DNA of 60,311 nt from a virus: positions 1-60,311 of IMG/VR virus record IMGVR_UViG_3300014348_000043. One strand, given 5' to 3'. Each line of letters starts with the position of its first letter. Within the stretch, counting starts at the first letter, position 1. Position numbers and translations under genes: made by a program. Under the pieces are notes generated by a model. That model did no database searches. It was given only the letters and a program-made list of their open reading frames with translations, and was not told the DNA's origin. Positions 14,862-24,400 of this stretch are shown here, one piece after another.

Positions 14862-15263
14862 ATGTCAATGGCAGAAAATAAATTGACGGACCATGACATT
14901 AAATTTCTTTTTAACGAATTGCGAAAAGCTTCAATCATTTGGAGTGGCCGCCGCGAGGTTTTAAACGCCGCAAGGAAAAAGATTTTTGTTCGACGGGCGA
15001 AGAACGGAAATCCAATTTATAAATATGTGTGGAAGTGCGCCGGATGCGGCCAGTGGTTTAAAAATGAAAAAGACATGGAAGTCGACCACATAAAAGAAAT
15101 CGGCGGGATCTCAGAATTTCGGGGAGACTGGAATGAAGTGATCTCTCGGGTCTTCCCGAGACCTGTCGGGGAGCATCTTCAGGCACTTTGCGTTCCGTGC
15201 CACGCAAGAAAAACTGCGGCGTATAATTCGGCGCGGTCCAGGTACAAGCGAAAACCAAAATGA
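14862..15263 (+). CDS. HNH endonuclease (free-standing, opposite strand)
   Basis: Contains WKCAGCGQWF...MEVDHIKEIGG...LQALCVPCHARKT. It is wedged between the DNA polymerase start and a lipoprotein gene, and is one of only five plus-strand genes in the genome. Confidence 0.85.
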   Translation: MSMAENKLTDHDIKFLFNELRKASIIWSGRREVLNAARKKIFVRRAKNGNPIYKYVWKCAGCGQWFKNEKDMEVDHIKEIGGISEFRGDWNEVISRVFPRPVGEHLQALCVPCHARKTAAYNSARSRYKRKPK

Positions 15264-15602
15264 TTACTTTGTCTTTTTGATGCTTTTGTCGAGCGTGTAG
15301 AAAAGCTCGTCGAGAAGTCCGACAGTGTCGTCACACTGGTGCCGGAGGCAATTCTCGAGAACAGTGTTCCTTAAAATCGCCCAGTCTTCGGATAGGATAA
15401 TGATCCCGCGCTTTGAGATCTCTTGCCACTGTTCTTTGGGGATTCGCCCTTCTTCTCCAGATACGGTTTTCACATAGTAGCCATCGCCTGATGCGGGCAA
15501 AGTGATGTGGGCTTTAAAGTTCGGGATTTTAACTGTCGCGCAGGCCATCAAATGGACTGCTGCAAACAGAATAAGACTACGGCGTAAATTCTTCGCGGAC
15601 AT
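15264..15602 (-). CDS. Lipoprotein (112 aa), possibly spanin-like or an exclusion protein
   Basis: Signal peptide with lipobox (LILFAAVHLMAC). Its start overlaps the end of the upstream membrane protein gene by 26 nt. Confidence 0.6.
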   Translation of the reverse strand: MSAKNLRRSLILFAAVHLMACATVKIPNFKAHITLPASGDGYYVKTVSGEEGRIPKEQWQEISKRGIIILSEDWAILRNTVLENCLRHQCDDTVGLLDELFYTLDKSIKKTK

Positions 15603-15984
15603 TTTTTCTCCCGAACTTTCCGAACTTTCGGAATGTCTTGATGACTTCGTCGTCGATTGCTTTTACTTCGGCAGGCGTAAGATCTCTTCCTGTTTTTCTG
15701 ATCTCGGCAATGAGAAGGTCAGCATTCTCTCTGGACCCGTCGTAGCCCGATTTTCGAATTGCAGTTAAAAGACGCTCGGCTCCCACGTTCATGAAGACAA
15801 GGCCGGAGCTTGCCATATAGGTGAAAAGTTTCTTTAAAAGCCAGTACAGGATTTTCCCAGAAAGCCCGGCAGTTAAAAAAGAGGTGCTTGGGTTTGCTGA
15901 GAGCGAGGCAATTACCGCAGCGGCACTTGCCCCGCCGATTCCGTCGAGTTCATGTTTTTTCATGGGGCCCGACAGAAGAGACAT
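15577..15984 (-). CDS. Membrane protein (135 aa)
   Basis: Hydrophobic segments (GGASAAAVIASLSA, FLTAGLSGKILYWLL, MASSGLVFMNVGA) followed by a charged helical C-terminus. Confidence 0.65.
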   Translation of the reverse strand: MSLLSGPMKKHELDGIGGASAAAVIASLSANPSTSFLTAGLSGKILYWLLKKLFTYMASSGLVFMNVGAERLLTAIRKSGYDGSRENADLLIAEIRKTGRDLTPAEVKAIDDEVIKTFRKFGKFGRKNVREEFTP

Positions 15985-15985
15985 A

Positions 15986-16243
15986 CTATTTAATTCCGAG
16001 TGCCGATTTCAACATCGCAATGGCTTTGTCGTCCCATGTTGTTCCGGTCTTAGCCGTGATCTTTTCGGCAAGAAGAAAGATGTTTGTTTTTACCTTGTTT
16101 GAAGACTCAACTTCAACAAGTCCGTTTTCAACATCTTTTTTGTATGCGACTTCAACAACTACGCCGCCTGCTGCGTCGACATCGACTTCAAATTTTCCAG
16201 CGCCGCCGTCAAATTCCTTTGAGATTTCTTTTCCGTCTAACAT
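15986..16243 (-). CDS. Hypothetical protein (85 aa)
   Basis: ORF in the lysis-like cluster. Ends with KTGTTWDDKAIAMLKSALGIK. Confidence 0.65.
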   Translation of the reverse strand: MLDGKEISKEFDGGAGKFEVDVDAAGGVVVEVAYKKDVENGLVEVESSNKVKTNIFLLAEKITAKTGTTWDDKAIAMLKSALGIK

Positions 16244-16246
16244 GGG

Positions 16247-16597
16247 TCACTCCTTCGTCTTTTGTGATTCGAGCGTCTGTACTCGAGTTTTTAGATTGTC
16301 GAGCATTTCTCTTTGAACTTTCAAGTCTTCTCTGAAGGCATCTGCAACTTTATTGATGGCAGTGGTGAGGGTCTCGAAGTTCGATTTGATTTCTTTCTTT
16401 ACTCGCCCTGCGTGGAGCCAGGCGGCAATTGTAAAGAAGAATCCGGCTTGGGCAATTTGGCTTTGGGCCGTTTCGGACAGGAAAGATTTAAGGGTCTCGG
16501 GGTCTGGTCCCGCTTCAGTTGCAAATCCAGCAGTAAGTCCTGAAATTACCACGAGGGAGATAATTTTAGTTTTGTTCTTTTTGAGGCTATCAATCAT
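16247..16597 (-). CDS. Holin-like protein (two TM helices plus charged coiled-coil tail)
   Basis: Contains IISLVVISGLTAGFATEA and AQAGFFFTIAAWLHAG, then a charged C-terminus. The call rests on topology only. Confidence 0.45.
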   Translation of the reverse strand: MIDSLKKNKTKIISLVVISGLTAGFATEAGPDPETLKSFLSETAQSQIAQAGFFFTIAAWLHAGRVKKEIKSNFETLTTAINKVADAFREDLKVQREMLDNLKTRVQTLESQKTKE

Positions 16598-16724
16598 TGG
16601 TCGCTTTCTCCGGGTGTAGGTCTAGTCTCAAAAATTATTCTGTCGCCTTGTGTTTAGGGCGGCAAGTTAAGAGTGAGCTGACGCGGCATTGCTGGAGGAA
16701 GGCCCGTAAAGGAGAGGGCTTTAG

Positions 16725-16934
16725 TTACGGTTGACTTTGGTCTAGTTTATCTTTTGCTTTGATTATTTCTGCGTGGGGCTTGCAGGCCCATTTGACGTGC
16801 AGAGAGATATTGCCGAGGCAGACCTCAATCTGGTGACAGCCGCAAGCTCCCCAGGTCAGGGGAGCTGCGGGAACCAGGAAAAAGACTTGTCGGAATATAG
16901 TGTATCCGACAATGAGGCGGTCGAAAACTTTCAC
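16725..16934 (-). CDS. Possible Cys-rich small protein (69 aa)
   Basis: GTG 16934 overlaps the upstream stop as GTGA. Contains GACGCHQIEVC...WACKPH. There is no SD, and the ORF spans two strong hairpins, so it may be non-coding. Confidence 0.25.
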   Translation of the reverse strand: MKVFDRLIVGYTIFRQVFFLVPAAPLTWGACGCHQIEVCLGNISLHVKWACKPHAEIIKAKDKLDQSQP

Positions 16935-17413
16935 TTTATGTAGCTCTGAGCTGATAGGTTGATCCCGTAGGCGCACTCGCTCGGCCACTGGCCTGTGGTG
17001 TTTCGGTTCCAGATGAACTCGAACTTCCCTTCGTTCAACGGGACAAATGTCGACATGGTCGAACGCTGCCCGCCGCCGATGTGGGCCTCCACTGACTGGC
17101 CGATATAGTTTCCGGCTGTTTGCGTGGTGTTGCCGTAGGCCCGAAAAGCGATGGAGATGTCACAGGTCTGGGAAGTGGAGCCGTGGGTGATGATCAAGAT
17201 CCCCGACAAGAAGATGGATTTAGCGTCCGATGGAATACCGAAAGAGGTCGCATCTACAACATTCCAAGAACCGGCAGCAGGACCGCTGCCGGTGTAGGAG
17301 TTGATGAAGATTGCGTTGACGAGGGTTGTACCGTCAGTGCGAACACCGACAGTTGTGCCCTCGGTCCAGGATGCTTGAGCGGATAAGATAAAAGAAAAAA
17401 GAAGTGCGAGCAT
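16931..17413 (-). CDS. Secreted protein with Sec signal peptide (160 aa)
   Basis: The N-terminus MLALLFSFILSAQASW looks like a cleavable signal peptide. The mature part is rich in G/T/S and looks beta-rich. Confidence 0.7.
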   Translation of the reverse strand: MLALLFSFILSAQASWTEGTTVGVRTDGTTLVNAIFINSYTGSGPAAGSWNVVDATSFGIPSDAKSIFLSGILIITHGSTSQTCDISIAFRAYGNTTQTAGNYIGQSVEAHIGGGQRSTMSTFVPLNEGKFEFIWNRNTTGQWPSECAYGINLSAQSYIK

Positions 17414-17416
17414 TTG

Positions 17417-19480
17417 TTACCTCGGTCCCATGCAGATGATATTCCAGTCGCGCTGAGTAGATGCAGAGCCGCCATCATTAAATGTGGCGGTACAGGCCGT
17501 CGCCGTCGTGCATTGAATTCCGGTGACCGATTGAATGGCCACGTTGAGAACGGGAGAGATAGTACACTGGGGTGCGGCTGAAAAAACTCCTGCTGCCAAA
17601 GTCAGATTGCAAACGCCACTCGAGACGTTCCCGATTGAAGAAATCCAGCTTCCTGGGTTCTCATATAGCGCCGAAGCCGCTCCACACCGACCATACGCAC
17701 GAGTGATGCGCTCGTTTTTTTCTGTGTTAGATGTACTAACCCCATTGACCAAAATAGGAACTACGACGACCTGGCTGATGGGTCTAACAGTCCAGCGAAT
17801 ATTTCGCTGGCCGTTTGAAGTGTTTCCGTCAGCCATAATAGCGTTGGTTGCGATTGTTCCGCTTGTTGTCTGTTCGTACATCAGGCGAAGCATCTTCTGG
17901 CCGGGAGTTGAGAATGAAAACGTGCCGCACAAGCTTCCGATTGGGAAAGTATTGGCGACAACTTCGCCGCCGCCGCCACTGTTTGTCTGCAAGCTTGAGG
18001 GAACTTTTGAGCCACCCTCTTGCACGACCGTCTGAGCATTCGTCGCAGTTTCTACAATCTGGAAAGTTGCGTCTACTGCCGCGTTTGCGGCACCATTGGC
18101 GTCCTGGACTTGGTGGCCAAAAGAAACGCAGGCCTCAACGTCTTGTGCGACAGGAATACTGAAGGAAACTGAAATTGACTCGTTGCCACTTGAGCAAGTC
18201 GTACCACTTGGCGAGTTGGTGCTTGAGCATCCGATTTGAGCCGGAATTACGTTTCGCCCCGAGCGGTTCGTAAGAGTAAATGCACTGCTTTCAATCCCTG
18301 TGTAGGAAGAAACGCTCGAAGTCCCGAGTGACGGGTTTGCGCCCTCAATTGTCGCGTCTACGCGCCAGTTGTAGAGATCAACGTTCATCGCCTGAAAACT
18401 GGATTGAGGAGGAAAGTAGTCAACAATAAATGTGCCAAAAGAAGAACTTGTTCCGTAAATTGCGGCAACAGTTGAAGTGTTCGCACCATAGACCTCAAGC
18501 TGAAGATTTGTAGTGTCAGAAGTAACAGCATAGTCCCAAGTGGCACTCGGGGATTGAATCGTCGATCCGCCAGCATAGACCGCTGCAAACGTGGCTCCTG
18601 AAGATCCAGAAGGTCCAGGATTACCAGATCCCGCACAAGTTGAGTTGCTCCCTGAGCAAAGATAAAATCTCGCAGGCGAAGCCGTGCCCTGGTTTTCAAG
18701 TGTGCCCGTATATGTCACGCGGTATCGGCCAACCTTTGCATTGACTATGCGAAACCCCGGCACATTTGTTGTGGGGGCACTAAGTTTTCCGTTTCCGGTA
18801 ATGCTATAGGTACAGCCCGTCTGTGTTCCGAATTGTGTGGCCGAGTTTTGGGCGCTGACAGACCATGCCGCAGAACAGCCCGTGACGTTCACAGCTCCAA
18901 CAAATTCGGGCCCAGGAGATACCTCCCCGACTCGCCAGTTTCTTCCCCAAGATAGCCCGCCAATATAAATCTTCGGAGCTGTCCCAGCTTCAGACTGGTA
19001 GACTCGCAAAGTTCGAGTCGCCCCGCACGGAGCACTTAAAGGAATCTCTCTGGCGTCAGACGTTCGGTCTCCGATCACAAATGTTTCAGCAACCAGAGTA
19101 GATCCCGAGTAAACAGCGCCTCGGTACAAAGAGGCATCGCCGGAAACTACAAAGCTTGCAAGACAGTTCCCTGTGGTGTCGGGAACATTAATTGTGTGCA
19201 GCTTGAACTCACAGTAGCCGCCCTGCGAAGAAGAGTCACAGCCCCACGAAGGAAGGCCATTGATTAAAGTCCCCGTCTCTCTTGTAAGTGCTGCGCTCGA
19301 GGTCGCCGTGTTTGCAGAGTTCACGTCCGCTGCAACTGCCGGATACGGTGCCCGAACATAGTTCTGGTAGTTCGGAGAAGCGCCAGGAAACACAGTCCCC
19401 TGAACAACTCGCCCCGGTGCCGTCTGTGCCGCCGAGAAATTCCCGGCGAAAAAGATGAGGGATAAAATTAAATTCTTCAT
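17417..19480 (-). CDS. Large secreted or receptor-binding-like protein with Sec signal peptide (687 aa)
   Basis: N-terminus MKNLILSLIFFAGNFSAAQT. The mature protein is S/T/G/N-rich with many paired Cys. It sits where a distal fibre or receptor-binding protein would be expected. Confidence 0.65.
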   Translation of the reverse strand: MKNLILSLIFFAGNFSAAQTAPGRVVQGTVFPGASPNYQNYVRAPYPAVAADVNSANTATSSAALTRETGTLINGLPSWGCDSSSQGGYCEFKLHTINVPDTTGNCLASFVVSGDASLYRGAVYSGSTLVAETFVIGDRTSDAREIPLSAPCGATRTLRVYQSEAGTAPKIYIGGLSWGRNWRVGEVSPGPEFVGAVNVTGCSAAWSVSAQNSATQFGTQTGCTYSITGNGKLSAPTTNVPGFRIVNAKVGRYRVTYTGTLENQGTASPARFYLCSGSNSTCAGSGNPGPSGSSGATFAAVYAGGSTIQSPSATWDYAVTSDTTNLQLEVYGANTSTVAAIYGTSSSFGTFIVDYFPPQSSFQAMNVDLYNWRVDATIEGANPSLGTSSVSSYTGIESSAFTLTNRSGRNVIPAQIGCSSTNSPSGTTCSSGNESISVSFSIPVAQDVEACVSFGHQVQDANGAANAAVDATFQIVETATNAQTVVQEGGSKVPSSLQTNSGGGGEVVANTFPIGSLCGTFSFSTPGQKMLRLMYEQTTSGTIATNAIMADGNTSNGQRNIRWTVRPISQVVVVPILVNGVSTSNTEKNERITRAYGRCGAASALYENPGSWISSIGNVSSGVCNLTLAAGVFSAAPQCTISPVLNVAIQSVTGIQCTTATACTATFNDGGSASTQRDWNIICMGPR

Positions 19481-19506
19481 GCGTCTCTCCTTGATGATTC
19501 AATCCA
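19477..19506. repeat. 30-bp direct repeat flanking the HNH cassette (copy A)
   Basis: tcatgcgtctctccttgatgattcaatcca compared with 19884-19913 tcatgcgtcactccttgatgtctcaatcca: 27 of 30 identical. Confidence 0.85.
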
Positions 19507-19887
19507 AGTCCCGTCTTTATTCCTTTTCCGGGACATAGCGATTTCCGAAAATTTTCTACGGGTAGCTTTACTGTGTCTTAATAACCCTCTCCGACCTTTC
19601 TTTTGCATGTCCTGCGTATTATCTTTTGGCGTACCAACGAACAAATGTTCTGGTCTTACACAAGGTGGGTAGTCGCACTTGTGGCAAACGAACAGTCCTG
19701 GGGGAATGTCATTTTTACTGGCTAGAACATAAGATACTCGATGGGCCCTCTCTTTGCTTTTTCCGATCCTAATCACACCATAGCCATCTTTGTCACGATA
19801 CGCAGCCCACTCCCAGCACCCGTTTCGCATTTTGCGCACATTCGCCGCAAAACGAAGTTTATGGTGTTCTTTTACTCTATCTATCAT
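19477..19887 (-). CDS. HNH endonuclease (HNH_3-type)
   Basis: Contains NGCWEW...DGYGVIR...AHRVSYVL...VCHKCDYPPCVRPEHLFVGTPKDNTQDM. Both ends are ATGA overlaps. Confidence 0.9.
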   Translation of the reverse strand: MIDRVKEHHKLRFAANVRKMRNGCWEWAAYRDKDGYGVIRIGKSKERAHRVSYVLASKNDIPPGLFVCHKCDYPPCVRPEHLFVGTPKDNTQDMQKKGRRGLLRHSKATRRKFSEIAMSRKRNKDGTWIESSRRDA

Positions 19888-19913
19888 GCGTCACTCCTTG
19901 ATGTCTCAATCCA
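19884..19913. repeat. 30-bp direct repeat flanking the HNH cassette (copy B, the native 3' end of the fibre gene)
   Basis: See copy A. It encodes ...WIETSRSDA* in the fibre gene, where copy A encodes ...WIESSRRDA* at the end of the HNH gene. Confidence 0.85.
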
Positions 19914-21479
19914 TCGGGAGCCGCCCCACATCAGATCAATCGCAGCGCCAAGTCGGCTCTGCCAGGGACCGTTCAAGAGAAGTCCGTTCCCATTGTTCAG
20001 CTCAAAAACCGCAGAGTTTGAAGCGCCCAAAATTGTCAGACGTTGTCCGACCTGGGTTCCGGCCTCTACTTGAGGGTTTGCAGAAACCGCTACGACATCA
20101 TCTGATGTCGGGCCTTGGGCAAATGTCACGTTAAATCCAGCCCCATTATCCATGTGTCCCGCAGCGGTCGTGAGACCAACTGCCGCAGCAATCGTACGCG
20201 GCGAGGCCTCGCTTCCAAACGGAACCGCTTCGCCGCCTGATCCTGCCCCCGACTTAATTTTCCAACGAGAAGATCCGACGTGGTAGAAAAGCTCCAAAGA
20301 GCTGTCTGGCTTCACAACAAGATTTCTTCCCGAAGGAAGAGTCAGTCGGTCTGCGGCAGTTGCCGAGCCATTCTCGTGAAGAATTGTCAGGTTCGCAGAA
20401 GATCCGTTATGGATCAAAATTGTCTTTGTGTCTCCGCCAGAGTTTATGCCCTGGATGGATGTCGCAGTTGAGCCGGTGAAGTTTGCGATATATTTTGCGG
20501 CAGAGAGCTGTGCAATGGTCGCAGTTGTTGCCACGTCTTGCGTGTCCAAAGTCTGGGCGAAGATTTTAATCGGTACTTTAAAGTCTGCCTCCGCCTGGAT
20601 CGTGACGGCTTCAAACAAAGAGGCAGTTCCGTCTTTCATGATCTTCAGCGAGAGACGAGTTCCTTGATTCGATGCCGTGTGGGCCTGGGTCGCAATGGCG
20701 TCAATCGCCGCGCAGTCCGCGTCAGCAGAGGCATCATCGGTCGTGACAAATTTGTATCGACCAATGACATCGCTGTTCTGAACCGCGCCAGTTCCAGCAA
20801 TGCGTCTTTTCTTGGCTTCAAATACAGAACCGTTTGCGTCATCAGCGCGTCGCTCGGAACGAATTCCTGTCCCCCGTGCGTGGATTGTTGCGAGCGGTGT
20901 GAAGCCTCCGCCAATCGCAAACTTGTTGTCGATGATTCGGCCCATCTCCGAGATAGTTGAAGCGCCTGTCACGGTCGACTCGAAAACCAAGTAGCCGCCA
21001 GAGGCAGAAGAAGTCATGTCATCAATTGCTACTGTCTTGATTCGGCCCACGACTGGATTTGAAGAGTCGCTTGCGCGGCCCACAAACTGAACTTCGCCAA
21101 TCACATCATTTGTAAGAAGCTGTCCGTTGTTGGCGATTCGGCGTTTGACGAGTTTTAGAAGCGGCCCGACAGCGTCCGCCGTGTAGCGGGTGATTTCAAA
21201 TGTTGAATCCCCTCCAGCGACAGAGGCAACTCCCGTTGCCAGATTCAAGCGGAAGATTTCAACATCAACTGACCCGGTATAGATTTTAAAGGACCAGTAA
21301 AAGTTTGGAGATCCCTCGTTTGTCGTGTCGATCCAGTTCCCGCCTGCCTGGAGAGCCGCCGGGCGGGTCGTGCCAGAAAGGCCCGAAACAAGGGCGTCTT
21401 TGAAGTCATTCAGGATTGTCGCAAGCTGCGTTCCTGATGTTGTGTTTGGGTTGATTGATGTGTAAATCGCCTGACTCAT
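19884..21479 (-). CDS. Tail fibre protein (531 aa)
   Basis: The N-terminus (MSQAIYTSINPNTTSGTQLATILNDFKDALVSGLSG...) is typical of a fibre-attachment domain. The rest is G/S/T/A-rich. It lies directly downstream of the J-like gene. Confidence 0.65.
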   Translation of the reverse strand: MSQAIYTSINPNTTSGTQLATILNDFKDALVSGLSGTTRPAALQAGGNWIDTTNEGSPNFYWSFKIYTGSVDVEIFRLNLATGVASVAGGDSTFEITRYTADAVGPLLKLVKRRIANNGQLLTNDVIGEVQFVGRASDSSNPVVGRIKTVAIDDMTSSASGGYLVFESTVTGASTISEMGRIIDNKFAIGGGFTPLATIHARGTGIRSERRADDANGSVFEAKKRRIAGTGAVQNSDVIGRYKFVTTDDASADADCAAIDAIATQAHTASNQGTRLSLKIMKDGTASLFEAVTIQAEADFKVPIKIFAQTLDTQDVATTATIAQLSAAKYIANFTGSTATSIQGINSGGDTKTILIHNGSSANLTILHENGSATAADRLTLPSGRNLVVKPDSSLELFYHVGSSRWKIKSGAGSGGEAVPFGSEASPRTIAAAVGLTTAAGHMDNGAGFNVTFAQGPTSDDVVAVSANPQVEAGTQVGQRLTILGASNSAVFELNNGNGLLLNGPWQSRLGAAIDLMWGGSRWIETSRSDA

Positions 21480-21492
21480 ATTCCCTCTTTCT

Positions 21493-24400
21493 TTAAATCA
21501 CACTGTTGGATTTTCGACCATAGCCTTTAACGGCAGCGTCAAAAGTTCGTTCGACAGGATCACCGTTCTGGTCAAAGAATCGAATTTTGAAGCCATCGTT
21601 GTTTCTGTAATCAAAGGCCCAGGTGTCGCCCGACTCTGCTCCGTCGATTGAGATTTGAATTGCCGGGCCTCCTGGATTTGGCCCTGCAAACGCCGGAGAG
21701 TAGATAAGCTCGTAGCCGTCTGTGTCGGTAGCAACAAGATTACCAAAAGCCTCACTCCTGTCTGGCATGTCTGCTCGAATCGTTCCGTCAAAAACCCTTG
21801 GCGTCACGTTAGGCTTGTTGCTGACAAGTTTCAAGCGGAACTGAAAAATCCTAGCCGTCGCATCTCCCATTACAAACTTGCGCCACTCTGTGAAGTTGTC
21901 CTGAACTCCCTCAGAGATCGGGTCGATTGAATCGAGCGTCACCCAGTTTGCCATGACGTTGATGACATCTGTTGAACGGTACTGGGCCTCAACATCCCAC
22001 TCCGAGGATTTTGTGTTCGACAAGAACTGCACCGCGTCGAGCGTCACCCAGTTCACCATCAAATCGCCGATTGTGTACCCTTCGGCCTGGATCAAAGACT
22101 GGAGCCGAACGGTGTAGATCTCTGACAAATCAAGAAGGCTTTCATAATAGTAGTAGCCTTCCGAGTAGTACTCGTTGGTCCCGACACCGCCGACGACTTC
22201 CTCCGAAAGCACAAGCGTATCTCCTTGCTTTTCCGTGCGGTCAAAAACCCCAAGAAGGTCTGGGAAATCTGTGGTCTCTTCGATGATGTTTAGGTTGAAG
22301 AGATTTGGAATTGTCGTGAGGGCTGACGCCGCATTCGCCGACTCGTTTCCGTTAAAGTCCACGGCCTTGATAAAGTAAATCCCGGTTCGGGCCTGAGTAC
22401 TTGCAAGAGTTGTGTTTCGATCTACTCGCAGGAGTGGGATCGAAGAGTTCCAGGTCGCTGCAAGATTCGGCGAGTAGCGAATCAAGTACTCTCGAACGTC
22501 ACAGTCATTGACTTGGTTCCACGAGAACTGAAGAACCTCCCCCGTGATGTCGGTCGCCAGGAAATCGACATCAGAAGGCGGAGTTGTTTTCAGTGTTGGG
22601 GTGTTTGTTACTTCTGAGATCGCGCCAAGCTCAAGCTTCTTCCCGGTAACAGATACCGCAAGAACTTTGTACTTGTGTGTGTATCCAAGACGTGTCGGGC
22701 TGATGACGTATCGGTAGAAAGAATCCCGAGTGGAAGCGACAAGAGTGAATCCGCGCCCGTCGTCGACAAGAACTTCAAAGATCTCATAGACCGAACCAAG
22801 CGGTGCATCCCAGTCGAGAAGTGTGAAGTACTCATAACCAGCGTCAGAGCATTCAAACCCAGAGTCGGCGATGATAAGATTCTGCACTTCTCCTGGAGGC
22901 TTTCCGTCCGGGCTACTCGCCTGGGAGATTAAAGGGTCATAGTCCGGGAAAGTGTCCGTACTTTCCGCATCGAAAATCGCGTCTGCTTTTTCTACGAGAG
23001 TTAGAGTCGCTGAGAAATTGTCGTTCGGCGAGATTGACTTGACGACACAGTCATAGACAACCTTTCCAACTTCTCCAATGACGATGAGGTCTCCGACTGC
23101 CGGGATGTCATCGTCCAGATCAAAAGTGTCTGAAGAAACTGGAGTGCAAGTGCCAGTTTTAATTTCTCCGGCGGGGCTTCGGTAGACATATCCGTAGTCG
23201 ATGTCCAGGTCGATTTCAAATCCGTCGTCAATTTGAATGCGGTCTGGATTCCCTGAAACATTTATTTTTTTGACTCGGGCTGGGACTCCCCCGACCTTCA
23301 TCACGTCTTGGGTGATTTGGACAAAGTCGCCGCGAGTACAAACGAGGCTTTCAAAGTCCACGGTGATTTGAATTGTCTCTTGGCGAAGACGGTTCTGGGC
23401 CAAGATATATCGACCGAAGCGCCAGGCCTGTTCATCGTTTGTACAAGCAAAAGAAGTGATCTCTTCGAACTCAAGGGCGTTTAGCTCATTGAAGCCAGAA
23501 TCGTAGACAGTCACTTCATCAACCGACCAGTCCTTACCGGGGTTGATGTATTTTACTTTCAGTGCGTCGGGCTTCTGGGAGTAGATGCGGTTTGAAGTAA
23601 AGTCGCGGCTGTTTCGAGGCGTGAAAAGCTGGACGGGGATTTCTTTCTTGCGGTCGATCAAGACGCCGTACTTGCCGTCGATGATATTTAGCGATGCTTG
23701 AGCTGCACTTGCGACCTGGGCGATAACGCTTTGAACAGTGCCAGAATAATCGAGAACAAAGTTCGTCTCGAATCGTTGTTTGTAGAAGTCAATGCTTGGC
23801 GGAGAATCGGGAACTTCCTCACAGTATTCGGCCCATTCAAGAATTGAATCCAAGTGCAAGCGAGACTTCGGAAGCGGTCTTTTGTTGATCTCCCCGGTGA
23901 GAAGGTCCACGTAAACCCATGCTGGGTTGTTTGTAACTTGCTTGGACCACGTCTCTGTGTCCGGGTCGTAGACATCAAGAACTGAGCTTACAGTTGCCGA
24001 AAGATTTGTGATGTTCCCGTTGAGCTGATTTGTTGCACGGATTCGGACCTCGAGAAACAGATGGCGCTTGTCAGTGACAATCGGGTCTCGGTCGAACCGA
24101 GTTGTAATTCCGATCAGAGATAGCTCATCTTGAATCGTGTTTGTGAAGGATGAAGAAGAAGAAGTTCGAACTACTCGAACCTTGTACTGGCCGGGAAGTT
24201 TCGGGGTAAATTTAAAAGTCGAGTAGGTCGGATTATTTTCCGCCCGAGAGATCTGGGCCTTGCCCAGAATCGGGGGCCCGATTTCAAATCCGAGGCTTTC
24301 TGTTTCTTGGTTCGGAGCGTAGAAAATTGTTCTTCCGATGTTCTGGGTGAGAGTCCTTGAAGCTGGGTCGACAACCTCATAGGTGTAAAGGGGGATGTCT

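Noticed and set aside
16677-16693. A 17-nt identity (caATGCCGCGTCAGCT on the minus strand) between the intergenic region at 16677-16693 and the protease start at about 44446-44464. This would hint at a duplicated translation start.
   Set aside because: A single 17-mer match is roughly what chance gives for all-against-all comparison within 60 kb on both strands. The flanking sequence is unrelated, and the implied ORF is only 11 codons.
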